From Prorocentrum cordatum (taxonomy: Eukaryota): DNA of 64,000 nucleotides. A program made the position numbers and the translations under genes. Shown here one piece after another: positions 14,350 through 26,952 of this stretch. The stretch spans positions 1 through 64,000 of the forward strand of contig CAUYUJ010000299.1 of assembly GCA_963575745.1 (NCBI GenBank). The letters run 5' to 3'. Position 1 is the stretch's first letter, and every line of letters begins with the position of its first letter. Below the pieces are notes generated by a model, which was not told where the DNA came from, made no database searches, and saw only the letters and a list, made by a program, of their open reading frames with translations.

Positions 14350-14962
14350 CGAGTTTCAAATCTATTAGATTTTGTTAACAAGCGCTTGATGAAAATTGTT
14401 TTTTGTAAGTGCTCGTGTAGGGTAGCCCATGTGCCTCAATTTCCATGGATAATCAACCCCAGAGATAAAGAAGTTCAGGCGAGCGTGGGGACAGAGAGAA
14501 ATATAAGAAGAATACAGTAGAAGAATAATAAGAAAGAAGGAGAAGAGGAGAATAAGAAGAGGACGAAGAAATGAAAAATCCAAAGTTCCAAATCTATCAA
14601 TTTTAATGTACAAGCGCTTTATGAAAATTGTTTTTTTTTAAGTGCTCGTGTAGGGCTCATGTGCTTCATTTTCCATGGATAATCAACCCCAGGGATAAAA
14701 AAGTTCAGGCGGGCGTGAGGACAGATTGAAATATAAAAGAAGAAGAGGAAAGTAGAAGAATAATATTAAGAGAAGAAGAACAGAAGAATAATAATATAAT
14801 AATAACGGGAAAATGGAAAGTTCCAAATCTATCAATTTTAATTCACAACCGCTTGATGAAAATTGATTTTTTAAAGTGCTCATGTAGGGTAGCTCATGTG
14901 CTCCCCTTTCCATGGATAATCAACCCCAGAGCTGAAAAAAGTTCAGGCGCGCGCGGGGATAG
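14350..14962. repeat. Three AT-rich tandem repeats, period about 233 bp
   Basis: The block aaatctat...caagcgcttgatgaaaattg...gtgctcgtgtaggg...ttccatggataatcaacccca...aagttcaggcg starts at 14358, 14590 and 14825. Confidence 0.92.
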
Positions 14963-15146
14963 CAACATCGCTTGATGTTGCTCTCTCAACATAGCGTTTC
15001 GAAGTGATAATGAAGTTCGGCCTCAGCGCTCGCCGCCCAATTTGAATTTTGCATAGGGCGACGATAATCAACTCTAAACACTGAAGGGGGGGGGTCCCTT
15101 TATTATCATCGGCATGCGGTTACTACTACTACTACTACTACTACCA

Positions 15147-15203
<57 letters not shown>

Positions 15204-15289
15204 GCATTACTACTACTACTACTACTACTACTGCTACTACTGCTACTACTACGACTGCTACTACTACGACTGCTACTACTACTAACTAT

Positions 15290-17173
15290 TCACGCTTCCC
15301 CCCTTCTGAATAGCGACAAACGGCTGCGGCCGCGCGCCGAGAGCTGGCGAACACCGGGCCCGCAGGACCTCGGGCGACGCGTCGGGCGAAGCTGGGGCTT
15401 CGGCGACGGACCCGAGGGGGAGATCAAACACTGCAGGGGGGCGCGCAAAACGAGGGCTGCTCCCACGCTACGACGAAACCCACCAGCGCAGTCTAAGTTC
15501 CACACCGCCCCCGACTGGAGCCAGTGCGCCGACGAGCACGGCGTCGAGAAGTTCCCCCGCCTGCCCGGCGCCGCCAAGGCCAAGCTGCGCTAAAAGGGGC
15601 GCCAGAACCATTGGGCGGTCGCGGGATGGCGCGGGCTTCGGGCAGCTCTCGAGACACTTGCCGCGGCGAGGCTCGGCCAAAACGGCCTCCGACCCCGCGG
15701 GTGCGTCCGCGCCGGCCGCGGCAAGCGCGAGGGCGAGGGCGCCGGGCTCTCCCGCGACGTGCTCAGTCTGGTTACCGCCAAGTGCCCGCTCGAGGGTGTC
15801 AAGCGCCGCGTGTAGTTAGTGCCGGTTCAAGTGGGAACACGAGCCCGGCCGCGAGGTCAGGGGGAAAATGGCCCCGGCGCGGCTGCGCTACGAGCTGGAA
15901 TTCGCGCAGGGCAAGCAACTCCACTTGAGAAGCTCCAGGCGCGAGAGCTACGGCGCCTAGGTCCACAGGTGGGCGACCGCGCGCCTGCGCCCTTCCAGAT
16001 CCACCAGCGGCGCAAGAGGGGCGAACAAATAATCGGCGAATTCGCCCTGCCCCGGCCGAGCGCGAGCGGGCGCGACGGCCGGCGCCTTCCCGACCGGGCG
16101 ATCCAGACGCTCTGAAGGCCATGCGAACCTGGGCCGCGGCCGACAAGTTCTTGCACGCGGTAGCGAGAGACAACCTCGAGGACCTCGGCATCTTCGCCGG
16201 GTGCCCCCAGACCTTCGCAGAGCAGATTGCCAGCGCAAGCGTGGTCGGCGCTGACGCCGCCGCGCTCTGGTTAAACCGGACGACGCCGCCAAGGCTGAAC
16301 TCTGGAAGCGCGCCAGCCTGGCCACCAGGGCCCACCTCTCGCTGGCGAGTGAGTGCTGAGGGCGCTTGCGGCTGGCTGCAGGCGCGGCTGCGCCGAGGTC
16401 GGCACGGCCTCCCCGCGCGGCCTGATGCAGATCGCTTTGCAGAGACGTGTCCGGGCGCAGCTCACAAGCGAGGAAGCCTTTTGCCCAACCCGCGACGGAG
16501 TTCTGCATGCCTACGGGGACCACGCGCTGGTGTATCCCTGCCGCGGGGGCCGCGTGAAGCGGCGCAACGCCCTCCGCGACGAAACTTTCTTTGCTGCGCA
16601 GGCGTTAGGCTTCCCGGCGCCGAGCTCGAGCGGCCGGGTCTGCTACAGCCCCGCGAGCGAAGGGAGGGCCCACCCGGAACGGAGGCCGACGGCGGCGAGC
16701 TCGACGACAGCGGCCGACGCCCCGCGGATGTGTTCATCCCGCGATGGCGCAAAGGCGTCCCAGCCGCCCTTGACTTCGCGGCGACATGCGGACTGCGGGG
16801 CGACTTGCTTGCAGCCTCTGCAGCCGCGCCAAGCGCCGCCGCCGAACGCTACGAGGAGCAAAAGCGCCAGTTCTTCGCCACGGCGCGGAGCTGCAGCGCG
16901 GCTGGCGTCACTTTCGCCCCCGCTGTGATGGAGGCGCACGGCGGCGCCTGGGGCAAGGAGGCACGTTGCGCGTTAGCCGTCTTGGCGAAACGCGCGGCGG
17001 ACGCCGCGGGAGAGGACCCCGCCATCGTGGCTGCGGAGCACGCCCAGCGACTCTCGCTACTCCTGCAGAAGGGAGACGCGCGGGCCGTGCTCCGCAGGCT
17101 GCAGGCCCCGGGCAGGGTGCCCGCAGCCATGCTGGCAGCGGCTACAACGGCTAGCGCGGCCGACGCCGCCTGA
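15290..17173 (+). mobile_element. 5'-truncated CRE-like non-LTR retrotransposon with zinc knuckle and restriction-like endonuclease, degenerate
   Basis: A decayed CCHC (FCPTRDGVLHAYGDHALVYPCRGGRVKRRNALRD) precedes RRPADVFIP..G..AALDF, YEEQK, FAPAVMEAHGGAWG and QRLSLLLQKGDARAVLRR, typical of RLE-clade C-termini. Stop at 17173, followed by simple repeats. Confidence 0.88.
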
Positions 17174-18756
17174 GCCGCAAGCCGACCGCGACGTTGAGCA
17201 GCCCCGACACCCTTCCCTTCCCCTCCCTTCCTTTCCCTTCCCTTCCTTCCTTCCCTTCCTTTCCCCTGAACCACGACCATTCCAGACCCCGACGCCTTGC
17301 CCTGCCCCCGACGACCGCGACCGCCCCCGACGCCCACGACCACGACCACCACGACCGCCCCCGGCCTTGCCCTGCCCCGACGACCCAATCCCCGCTGCCA
17401 AGGCCGCGACGACGACGACGACGGCGACAACGACAGCCCCAGACTACCCCCGACCGCCCTTCCGCCCCTGCTTGCCCTGCACAGACTCTGCTGCTCTCCT
17501 CCTTCCTCCTGGTCAGCGTTAGTTTGCTGTGTGTTTGTTTTTCGCCCGTCTCTTTCTCCTCCTGCTCCCCCTCCTCCTGCTCCTCCTCCTCCTCCTCCTC
17601 CTCCCCCTCCCCCCCCTCCTCCTCCTCCTCCTCCTCCGCAGGCTGGGCGGCAGTGTTTTTTTTTTTTTTTTTTTTTTTTTTTGAAACTCGGCGACGGGAG
17701 AGTTCCTGCAATCCCCCAGGGCGCAGGGGTCAGGGGCAATCGCCCGCAGGCGGGCCTGGGTTTCAAGTCAAGGCTTGGATGCGCGAGTCAACGTGGTGGT
17801 ACAAAAAAGTTGGAAACTTGAATGCAAACGGTAGCGGTCCAAGGTCCCAAGGTAGCGGCGATGGTTCCAACCACGCAAGCTCGCTCCTGACCAGGTATGT
17901 CATGCGGGCGCGATCACCGGAGTCGTAGGTGGAACTCCCTGAATGGTACGTAGCATGTGAGTGGTGTGCCGAAATTATCGGGGGACGCATGCAAACTCTC
18001 CCACTGGGGCCGCAGGTGGAGTTCCGCAAGGAACACAACGCCTGTTAGAGCGTGAGGAGCGTGCCGAGATGTGCGGGTACGCTTTGCGGCCGCAGCCACT
18101 GTAGCCGTAGGGTACGCTCCCTGCGAGGCACGAAACGTAAGAAGGGTCTGCCGAATTGGAGGCGGGTGCGCCATGCGGACACGGCCACTGGGGCCCCGTC
18201 GGCTGCGCCCCCTAAGGGGCACGACGCGCGTGAGGTGTGTGTGCCGAAATCGGCATGCGGAGAGCAACGCACCTTGAAGAGCAGGAGGTAGGAGGTGGGA
18301 CGCGGCACCGCAAACACAAAACGCGATGACCGAACTCCACGGACAAAGGCTGGGGCATGAACGGCCGCCTGGTGAAATCAATCGCGGGTCGCTGTGGAGC
18401 GCTGCTTTTTGGAGCCTTTACAAGCGCATCAACTTGTCCGAAGACCTCTTGGATCCATCCTCATCGGGCAACCCTGAGGCCATCATGGAGCAATCAGGCA
18501 AATCTTCAAGCCCGGTTGGGGCTTTTACGAGCCTCGTGATGCGCGCATCTACCTGGCCCGCGCGAGCTTGGTTAGACGCCATCTGCGGCCCCATGTGTCT
18601 TTCATGTTTTTTGCCGTCCAAAATGGGACCAACTCAACGCGGATCTCCTCGAGTTTGGACTCTCCAAGCCGTCTCCCACGTTCCTCAACTGTGTTTTTAC
18701 GTAGGGGGAAGTACTTCTATCGCAAAAGAAGTCGATGGGTCAGGCGAGGATTTTGG

Positions 18757-19155
18757 ACGTTGCCGCCCCTGGCAGCATCGTGGCCGCCTCGTGCGCCAAG
18801 TGGGTCAAGCGATTATTGTCCACGTTGCCGCCCGTGGCCGCCTCGTGGCCACCTCGTGAGCTGAGCGTGTTCGGCGAGGTTTCGCCACGTTGCCGCCCGT
18901 GGCAGCGTCGCGGCCGCCTCGCGCGCGCTGGTGGGTCTGGCGAGGAGCCCGACGCAGCCCGAGGAGGTTGCGGCCCGGCCGGCTGCTTGGCATGCCAGCA
19001 CGACGGGCAAAATGGGCCAGACGCAGCCCGAGGAGGTTGCGGCCCGGCCGGCTGCTTGGCACGCCAGCACTACGGGCAAAATGGGCGAGACGCAGCCCAA
19101 GGAGGTCGCGGCCTGGCCGGCTGCTTGGCATGCCAGCGCGGAGGGCAAAATGAAG
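18757..19155. repeat. Two adjacent triplicated repeats (about 65-66 bp period)
   Basis: cgttgccgcccgtggc..cgcctcg occurs three times (18757-18925), then gacgcagcccgaggaggttgcggcccggccggctgcttggca three times (18951-19150). Confidence 0.85.
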
Positions 19156-21796
19156 GAGCGGAACGGGAACCGACATCTCGAGCCCTCCGCCCCACAACGA
19201 CAAAATCACACATCGTCCTGGCCCGGGGCCATGACGCAACGGACACTCGCTGCATCTGCGCGAGGCGCAGTGCGATCTAGCGCGGCACCCCGAGCTCGCA
19301 CCGCATAGCTTACGCGACAATTTACGCAATATGATTTCCACCGCCATAGCTCACGCCACATAGCCGACACGACATAGCCTTCGCCACGTAGCTTGCACCG
19401 AATAGTGTCCACATCCACAATGCATTAACGCACTGTTTGGTCGAAACACCGGTTGTTTCATCACTGGAAGCAAAGCTCACAAAGCCTTTTATGGTGAGGG
19501 TGGTTCAAGGAGCTACTTTTTCATCCTCCTCCTTCCCTGGGAGAAGAGGTCCACTTATTCCCTCACCTCGTCTCTTTGGGTCTGGAGGCTGAAGGGTTGG
19601 GGCGTCCAAAATGGCCCAAGAAAACCCCACGAGAGCCCGCCTGCCCCACGATGGCCTGCAAGGTGGTTCAAGATAACGTCCACCACGTTCCAAAATGTCC
19701 AAAAACTGCCCTACGCCGGCTCCGAGTGGCCGCGGGCCCCCCCCCAGAAAACTGATGGAAATCAGTATGTTGTGCTTTCGCCATTTCGCCAGATGGACAC
19801 GCGAGGCCTGGAAAGAGATCCGACGTGAGCCCTCGTATGTGGTCGGTTTAAGAAGGGCCCAAAACTGCCCCAAATGCGCCCCGCATCGCGCGAAAAAACG
19901 CCCAAAAACGCAACCTTGCGGGCCCGACGGGGGGTCCGACATAAGCGCTGCCTCCTTTTCGTCGATGGCCTCCAGCATGGCCCAAAAAAAAACCCGAAGC
20001 CTCGCGCGCGCAAGCGCGCCGCACCACGCCACACCACGCGCGCGCACGCAGTATGCACAGCAGCATGATATCATTGCCATGGCCGCTGGGCAAAGAAAAT
20101 ACATCGGAGGAGCTGCCGCAATGAAGGCGGCGACGCGGGCGTGAGCCTGGGCCGCGGGCTCATCATCCTGGCCAAGGGCCGTCGGCGATGGAGGGGGGCC
20201 CCGAGGCCTCCAGGATGGCCCCTGACAAAGCCCCAAAATGGCCCGAAAACGATCCCAAAGGCCGCCAAAGAGGCCCCCGTACAGCGGAGCCCAGCCCACA
20301 ATAAATCTTCCACAAGACACCTAACCCCGAGACCCCAGGACGTCCAATGATTTTTAGTGCGCGTAGCAAAACCATCGGAACCCAAGAAACCCAGGGCACC
20401 CTGGAGGCGAGCAAGATGTTTCTTGGCATGGGTATGCACCATACTTTTTGGTCCTCAAGCGCACGAAACGAGTCGGGCGCCGAGCAGGCAAGGGCAGGCC
20501 GCGCCACCTGCAGAAGCACAAACAAGGCGAAAGCGAAACCCGGAGTGGGGCGAAGCACTCACTGCGGCACGGAAACGCGGAGCACGATGGGCGGATGAGG
20601 TAGCTAAAGTACCGCCCGGATGGCGAAGTTGCCGCCTGCGGAGAGCATGACGAAGGCGAGCAGCACGTAGCTCGGGAGCACGATCCATCCTTGCCGAAGT
20701 GGTAGAAATTGAAGCGTGCACGAGAGCACCGCGAGCGGGTAGGTAACGCAACCGAAATGGCGCGAGCGAAAGTAGGCCCCCCGGCGGCCGGAATGCGCAG
20801 GTAGCGCAGGTAGACGAGCCAGTAACTGACCACGTAGGGCACCGCGCGCCGAGCCGCCCGTGGAAAGCACGCCATCCGATGCTAAAGCTGCGAAGTCTAC
20901 CTGGCCGCGAGATTAGGCCTGGAAGCGGCGTCTGCGGACGACTCTGCTTCCGCGCCCCTCTGCGGCTGCAGTGCTAGAATCCAACTGAGGCCGATTGAGG
21001 GCGAGTGGAGCCTCGAGGGGGGCAAGGTAGCAGAGAGGAAGTGAACGAAGAGGGAGAGGAAGTGAACGAGGGGGGGCTGACGAAAAAAAAAAGAAAGAAA
21101 AAAAAAAAAAACGCCCCAACACAACGAAACGCGCGCTCGCTCGACGACCAAAGAAAATGCCGAAACTATCCACAACGGTGCTCGGATCTCAACGCGAATC
21201 TCGCTCGCAAAATCTGTTGTCAGGCTGGGGCGCCGTCGGAAATCGGGCTCAGCAGCGAGAGTCGTACTCGTAGTTTGTAAGTGCAAGAGAAAGAAGGGGC
21301 CCGCCGCGCCGCCGCCGCCGTCGTCGCCGACGTCGTCCCCTTCCCTTTTTCTTCCCCCTCTCCTTTCTTTTTCCCTTCCTTCTTCGTCCCCATTCCCCAT
21401 TCGCCCTTCCCCCCTCCTTCTTCGGTCGCCCCCCCCTCTCCTCCCCTGCCCCACCTTCCGCCCTCCCCAAGGCCCCATCCTCCCTCCCGCCTCTCCCCCG
21501 CCCGCCGCTCGCCGTTCCCTCTCGGGCGGGGCGCCGCGGGCCCCCCGGGCCCCTCTGGGCCGCCGCGGCGGCGCCCAGGCTCGCCCGACGGGGGGGGGGG
21601 GGCAAGAGGAGCAAGAGCAGAGCATGAAAGGAGGACGGAGACGGAGGAAGGTAGAAAGGCGGCGAAGCAAGGGGAGCGGGGAGGGGGGGGCGGGGACAGC
21701 AGAACGCGAAGAGTTGGAAGGGGAAGAAGATAAGGGCAGCAGAGATGACGGATGGGAGGAGGTGGAGGCGGCGGCGGAGGTGGAGGTGGAGGTTAA

Positions 21797-21828
<32 letters not shown>

Positions 21829-22372
21829 CGGCTGAGGGGGCAAAAACTGAGGGGGATGAGGAGGATTGTTTTGCTTGCTTGAGCAGCTGAGGCTACGCTA
21901 TCTGGCCGTCGTTGCGATGGCTGGCCCATGGCCGTGCTGTCCACGAACCAGTGGTAGTATATATGTGGGCCCTAGCCTTACCTTACCTAATGTCGACAGT
22001 GTCGACAGTGTCGAGATATCTCGATTCCTAAATTCCTACCCCGCCAACGGCGGGAAAGCGCTCGCGCGACATCGCAAGAGAGGGAGAGGCAGCATTCTGC
22101 ACGCCGAGGCGGCCGCGCAGAGGGCCCACGGGCGCGCGACGAGTCTAGAGCGGAAGGTCAAGCGTGCCCGTGCTTCCCCCATCTCCTTGTCCTCCTCCTC
22201 CTCCTCCTCCTTCTCCCCCCCCCCTATCCTTTTCCCCCTCCTCCTCGATCCTGCCGGTGGCCGGACCGCCAAGGGGGGCAGCTGCGCCTAGAAAAAATAC
22301 GATCGCTGCGAAGGCGCCAGAAAAGATGGGTCACGGTCACGGGTCACCGACCGAAACCCACACCTACAAGTC

Positions 22373-25300
22373 CTAATTCAACAGGTGCTTTGCGTTTTTC
22401 GTATCCATTTTCTCAGCCTTAGCTTCAACCGATGTCGCGCCATCACCGCCGGCAGCCCCAGACGCCCCAGACTCCCTCGAACTCGCCTTGGCAGTCTGCA
22501 CGCCCTCGTAACCGAGGAGTTTGCCGATGGCAGACTTGCCCTTTGCATGTGCCTGCAGGGGGGGCCTCGTGAGCACGATAGGCGGGGTCTTCGACTGCGC
22601 CCCAGTCGTGTGAGCCGGGCAAACCACGCGCCAACACTCCACCCTGCAACGTTACCACCGTGGAGAATAGAGCGAAGAGGATGGGCGCCAGGGAGAACCA
22701 CCGCATTGTCCTCGGTCTCACGGATCAGCTCCATGGTGGCGGCCTTCTTTGCCGTCGGGACCACCCACGCCGCCACGGGGCAAGACGACGCTGTGATTTT
22801 CTCGCCCCCGCCAGGCACGATATAAATGCCAACGTGGGCAATTTCCTTGCAAGCATCCCGAACGACAACTTTCATCGCGGGCAGGGAGCTGGCTTCCGTG
22901 ACCCAAACTGCCTAATCCTCCTCCTCCTCCTCCTCCTCCTCCTCCCTCCCCCCTCTTCCCCTCTCCCCCTGCTCGTTGCCTTCCCAGCGAATGCCAGGCG
23001 AAAGGCTGACTCCGTCAGCCCAGTCACGGGCTCGTACTTCAGCGAGATCTTGGTCGCAGTCATATCGATCGACACTGCCGCGGAGCCGAGCACCCCGTCG
23101 CGGCCGTAGGCCTTGGCGAAGCAGGCTTGCTCCACGTGCCCGCAGATCATTTGCAAGATTGGCAGACAGAAATCCTTGTGGTCGACGTCCACCGATGGAA
23201 GACTCGCCAATTCCGGAGGGAACCTGGCTTCGCCTGATTGGGCCGCGAATGCCGCGAGCAGTCGGCTGAGAAGCGATCGCGCTTCGATGGGGGATCCAGC
23301 CGTGGCGATCGAAGTGCCCCTCCTTTCCCACAACGCAGGGCCGTGCCCGGGGCCCCGGGGCCACCTGAGCACCTGAGCACGCCGCGATGATTCGAAACTT
23401 TTTTTCGAAAGGGGGGGCGCGGCGACTCGATGGCCCTGTGGGCCTGGCATGGAACCGAAGAACTTGAAACGATACAGTTTGTCCAGGCTCCACGATGGCT
23501 CCTCGAGGTCCTTCAGGACCTACTGCTGGGCAGCCATCTCCTCCCTCTTCGCCGCCACCTCTTCCTCTGACTCCTTGACTGCGGCGGTCTCGTCGCTGGG
23601 CCCCTCCCTTTTCACGTCCGGGGCCCCCAAGTGTTTCTTGGCGAGGTTGCTCGCGCGGGCCCGGTAACTCTCGCGGGCAGCCGTCTTGTCGTCCTTGGGC
23701 TGGGTCAGGGCCTCCAGCATGAGGTCCCACCCTGCCTTCCAGCTGGAGGGGTCGTCGCCGCCTTCCTGGTGCAGCACGACATCGTAGATAGAAGAGATTG
23801 GGCCCCAGCCCTGCTCGTAACTCGGGCCCGCGAAGTTCTTGAGGATCGTCGGCCACGTCTGGAGGGCCTCATCAAAGATCGCCCCGACGAAACTCGCGCG
23901 GGCCTCCATCAAGTTGACGAGCACGGCTTCGTCCTCGGAGGCGGGAAAGGCAGATGGGGGGGATTCCTCCTCCTCCATCTTCTTCTCCTCCTTCTCCTGG
24001 AGGCCGCCAGTAACAGAAATGTCACTTTTTGTTCGTGGCGCCACCCTGTCCCCCCCACCCTCCTCCTCCTCCTCCACCTCTTCCTCCTCCTCCTCCTCCT
24101 CCTCCTCCTCCTCCCACTCCTCCTCCTCCTCCTCCTCCTCGTCCTTCCTCCTCCTTCTCCTCCTCATCCCTTCCTTCTCTTCCCTCCCCTCGATCTGTCC
24201 CTGCCCTCCCCCGCCGTGTCCTTGAAGCATTCGCTGAACTCCGTCGTGTCCTTGAGCTCCTTGTAGACAGCCTTCCACGGGTTGTCGCCGAACAACGCCC
24301 CCATGTCATTCCCGAAGTGGCCCATCATGTGCAAGAAGTTGCTGAGGGGGCCGAACGTGACTTTCACGCCCTGGGCGATGACCGACAGGAAACGATCCCT
24401 TGTCTCAGTAGAAGCCACCCAGGGCTGCTGCGCTGGCTCTGACTCGATGAGATCCTCAATCAATGACCACGCTTCGACCTTGAAGCTGCAGCAGGCCGCG
24501 CAAGTCCGAACGTCGCCACCGGCAGTCCTCTTCAGCAAGCGAAGAAACCGTAAGAGAGCCTTCCTGGTGTCACTTTCCTGGCCCAGATCAGCGGCGATAG
24601 CCGCCCTGCGAACAGCCTTCGGGTCAACTTTCCCCAGCAGGTCCATGGCAGAAGCGTTCACTCTCGCCTTCTCCGCCTTAGCCTTCTCCTCATCCCGGCT
24701 CTGCTTCGGAGCCCCCGCAGACTCATTCCCAAGCGCGCTGGCGGCACTATCATCGTCTTCATCGCTTCCGTCCCCTGCGCCGCCAGTTTCGATATTCTTG
24801 ATGGACTTCCACGTACGGGTGCGCATCTCCTTTCGCAACTTGGACCAGGACGTGCAATCTTTGCCCCACGCATTGGTCTTACCGAATATGGAGAAGCCGA
24901 TGCCGAGGGAGACTGCATGCGCGATGACATTGAACATCCTCATGAATTTGCCGTGAACTTCCTGATCCAATCGGGGGCGAACGATCTCCTTCCCGTCGCC
25001 ATCATAGGACGCGCCCCTCGTGTCCTTCCCTGGCCCATCAGGAAGGAGGCCCCAGAGCATCATGAGCATGTCCTCCAGGAAGACCTTCGAGCGCCTCTTG
25101 CCATCGCTGGTCTCGACGTCCACGAGAATCTCTTCGTCGGGCTCAGGCTCAACATCAGTCTGCTTGCTCTTATTCGGCTCTGGCTCCTTGCCTGAATAAA
25201 TGGCCGCTTCCGTCATGTCATGCCGAAGAATGCAAATTCGGTCGGGCTCGGGCTTCTCGAAAAAGGTTGAAACTTTGTGGCCAGAGTAAGGGCAGTTGGG

Positions 25301-26952
25301 GAGCTTGGCCATGTTGGGCAAACGCTTGAAGGGCAGCGCGTACTTCAACCCCTCGACCCTGGCGATCTTGAGAGCCATGGGATCCAAAGACTTAACGCCG
25401 ACGCTCTGGCTCACCGTCGAAAACAAAGACTACACATTCATGATGGCGGCTTCGTTTGTAATGCTCCGGAAGTCAGTGCTCTCACCGATCAGCGTGAATA
25501 TTGTGTCCATCCACCCGTGCTGCTTGAGGGTGCGCACAAGGATGCCCGCCTTCGGGCCATGGCGCTCGCGCGCCTGGTCTTGCCGCTGCCCCCGAGACCT
25601 GCCGCGCCCTGGCCAACCCCGCAAACATTTCGAACGTCGCCGGCCTGCAAGGCCGCAAGATTTGCCTCGCCGAAACAAGAAAGCCCCCGACCCGATGGCC
25701 CCCAGGGCCCCGGGGCCCAGATCGATGGCACAGGCGTACGAGCAACCAGGCCACCCTCAAGAACTCGTTCTCCGAGGAGAAGTTCTGCGGGTAGTGCTTG
25801 GCGAGCCACTGCATCACCAAGGCGTTGTCCTTGGAGTCCTCCTCCTCGCCCTCCTTCTTGTCCTTGGAGCCAGTAGCGGCAGCGGCTGCAGCCTCCTTGG
25901 ACCCCGCGGCGCCCTTCAAGGGCTTCTTGGCGGACTTGCGCGTGGACGAGGCGTTGATGCCTTCCTGAGAAGCGCATTTCTTCACTTGGAAAAAAACAAG
26001 AGGGAAGTGGATGGAGAAGGAGAAGGAGGATGAGGGGACGGGAGAAGGAGGACAACGAGAAGGGGGGGGAAGGCGGACGGGGGGAAAGGAGAAGGAGGAG
26101 ACGAAGAAAATAATGGAGGGAGGGCACAGCAGCAGGATCCTTGTAGACACTCCAGGCGTTGTGGATGATGAGGGTCCGCTTCAGGACATCGAGGAACGAT
26201 GCGCCGTTGGCCAACTTGTGAAATTGGTTGTAAAAGTCCCGAATGAGTACAAGCACGTCCATAGGCGAGAGGTGGTCCAACGTCTCTACGTCCAGCCCAG
26301 CCTCCAGCGTAAGCAGCACATTGGGGTCGCCAGGCCAGAGCTCATTAGCTTTGAACACGCCCCTGCACAGGGTCCCAAACGCGAGCAACAATCATGGGCA
26401 TGGGTCTCCCGAGTCTGGGTCCTGGGACGGGATTGCCACGGCGCGCCCCCGGACAGCTTGAACGTTCCCCCAGTCGCGGATGCTCTGGGCTGCCTCCATG
26501 ACTGCATGTTCCTGGTGTCGATCGTTCACTGGGTGGGTGTCGACAAGTTTTCTGCCGCTCGCATCGAAAAACTTTACGTGCTTTGTCCCCTTCCCGAAAT
26601 CCTTCGTGACTCTGGCAAGCAGCTTGAGGCCTGGGGGGGCGTTCGGGCACCGTTCGTAGATGGTGGCCTAGAGTAGGAGGGGGGAGAAAGGAGCGTGGAA
26701 ACGAGGAGTTTCGTCGAAGAGGAGAAGGAGGCGTGAGGGTGCGAGGGATGCGAGGGAGGCCTTGGGCGTGTACCACAGCATGCGGAGCCTGCGCGCAGGG
26801 TCACTCGGCTCCTCCTGCAAGACCCTCGGATAGATCTGCAGCTGCTGCTGCGAGTCATCTCCAGGGAACGGCGGGAACGAATCATTCGACGACCCTCCCG
26901 CGCCAGTCGGAAGCGACGACTGGTCCAATGAACTCGCAGATGCAGCCGACAT
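22373..26952 (-). pseudogene. Large multi-exon gene with ParB/Srx-like N-terminal region; in-frame stops
   Basis: Exon chain from ATG 26952 (MSAASASS, GC donor at 26760, AG|G at 26667) through THPVNDRHQEHAVMEAAQSIRDWGNVQAVRGRAVAIP...LLLAFGTLCRGVFKA, then ORFs 25489-26391, 24164-25426, 23520-24278, 22872-23450 and 22378-22875, ending AKHLLN* at 22373. Stops at 26392-26394, 25430-25432 and 23520-23522. Confidence 0.7.

Noticed and set aside
14350..14962. CRISPR-like repeat-spacer array
   Set aside because: The repeats are far too long and the spacers are low-complexity purine tracts.
22361..22372. CACCTA as a terminus of the outer cassette
   Set aside because: Only 6 bp match the TIR, it abuts a stop codon, and no partner is present.
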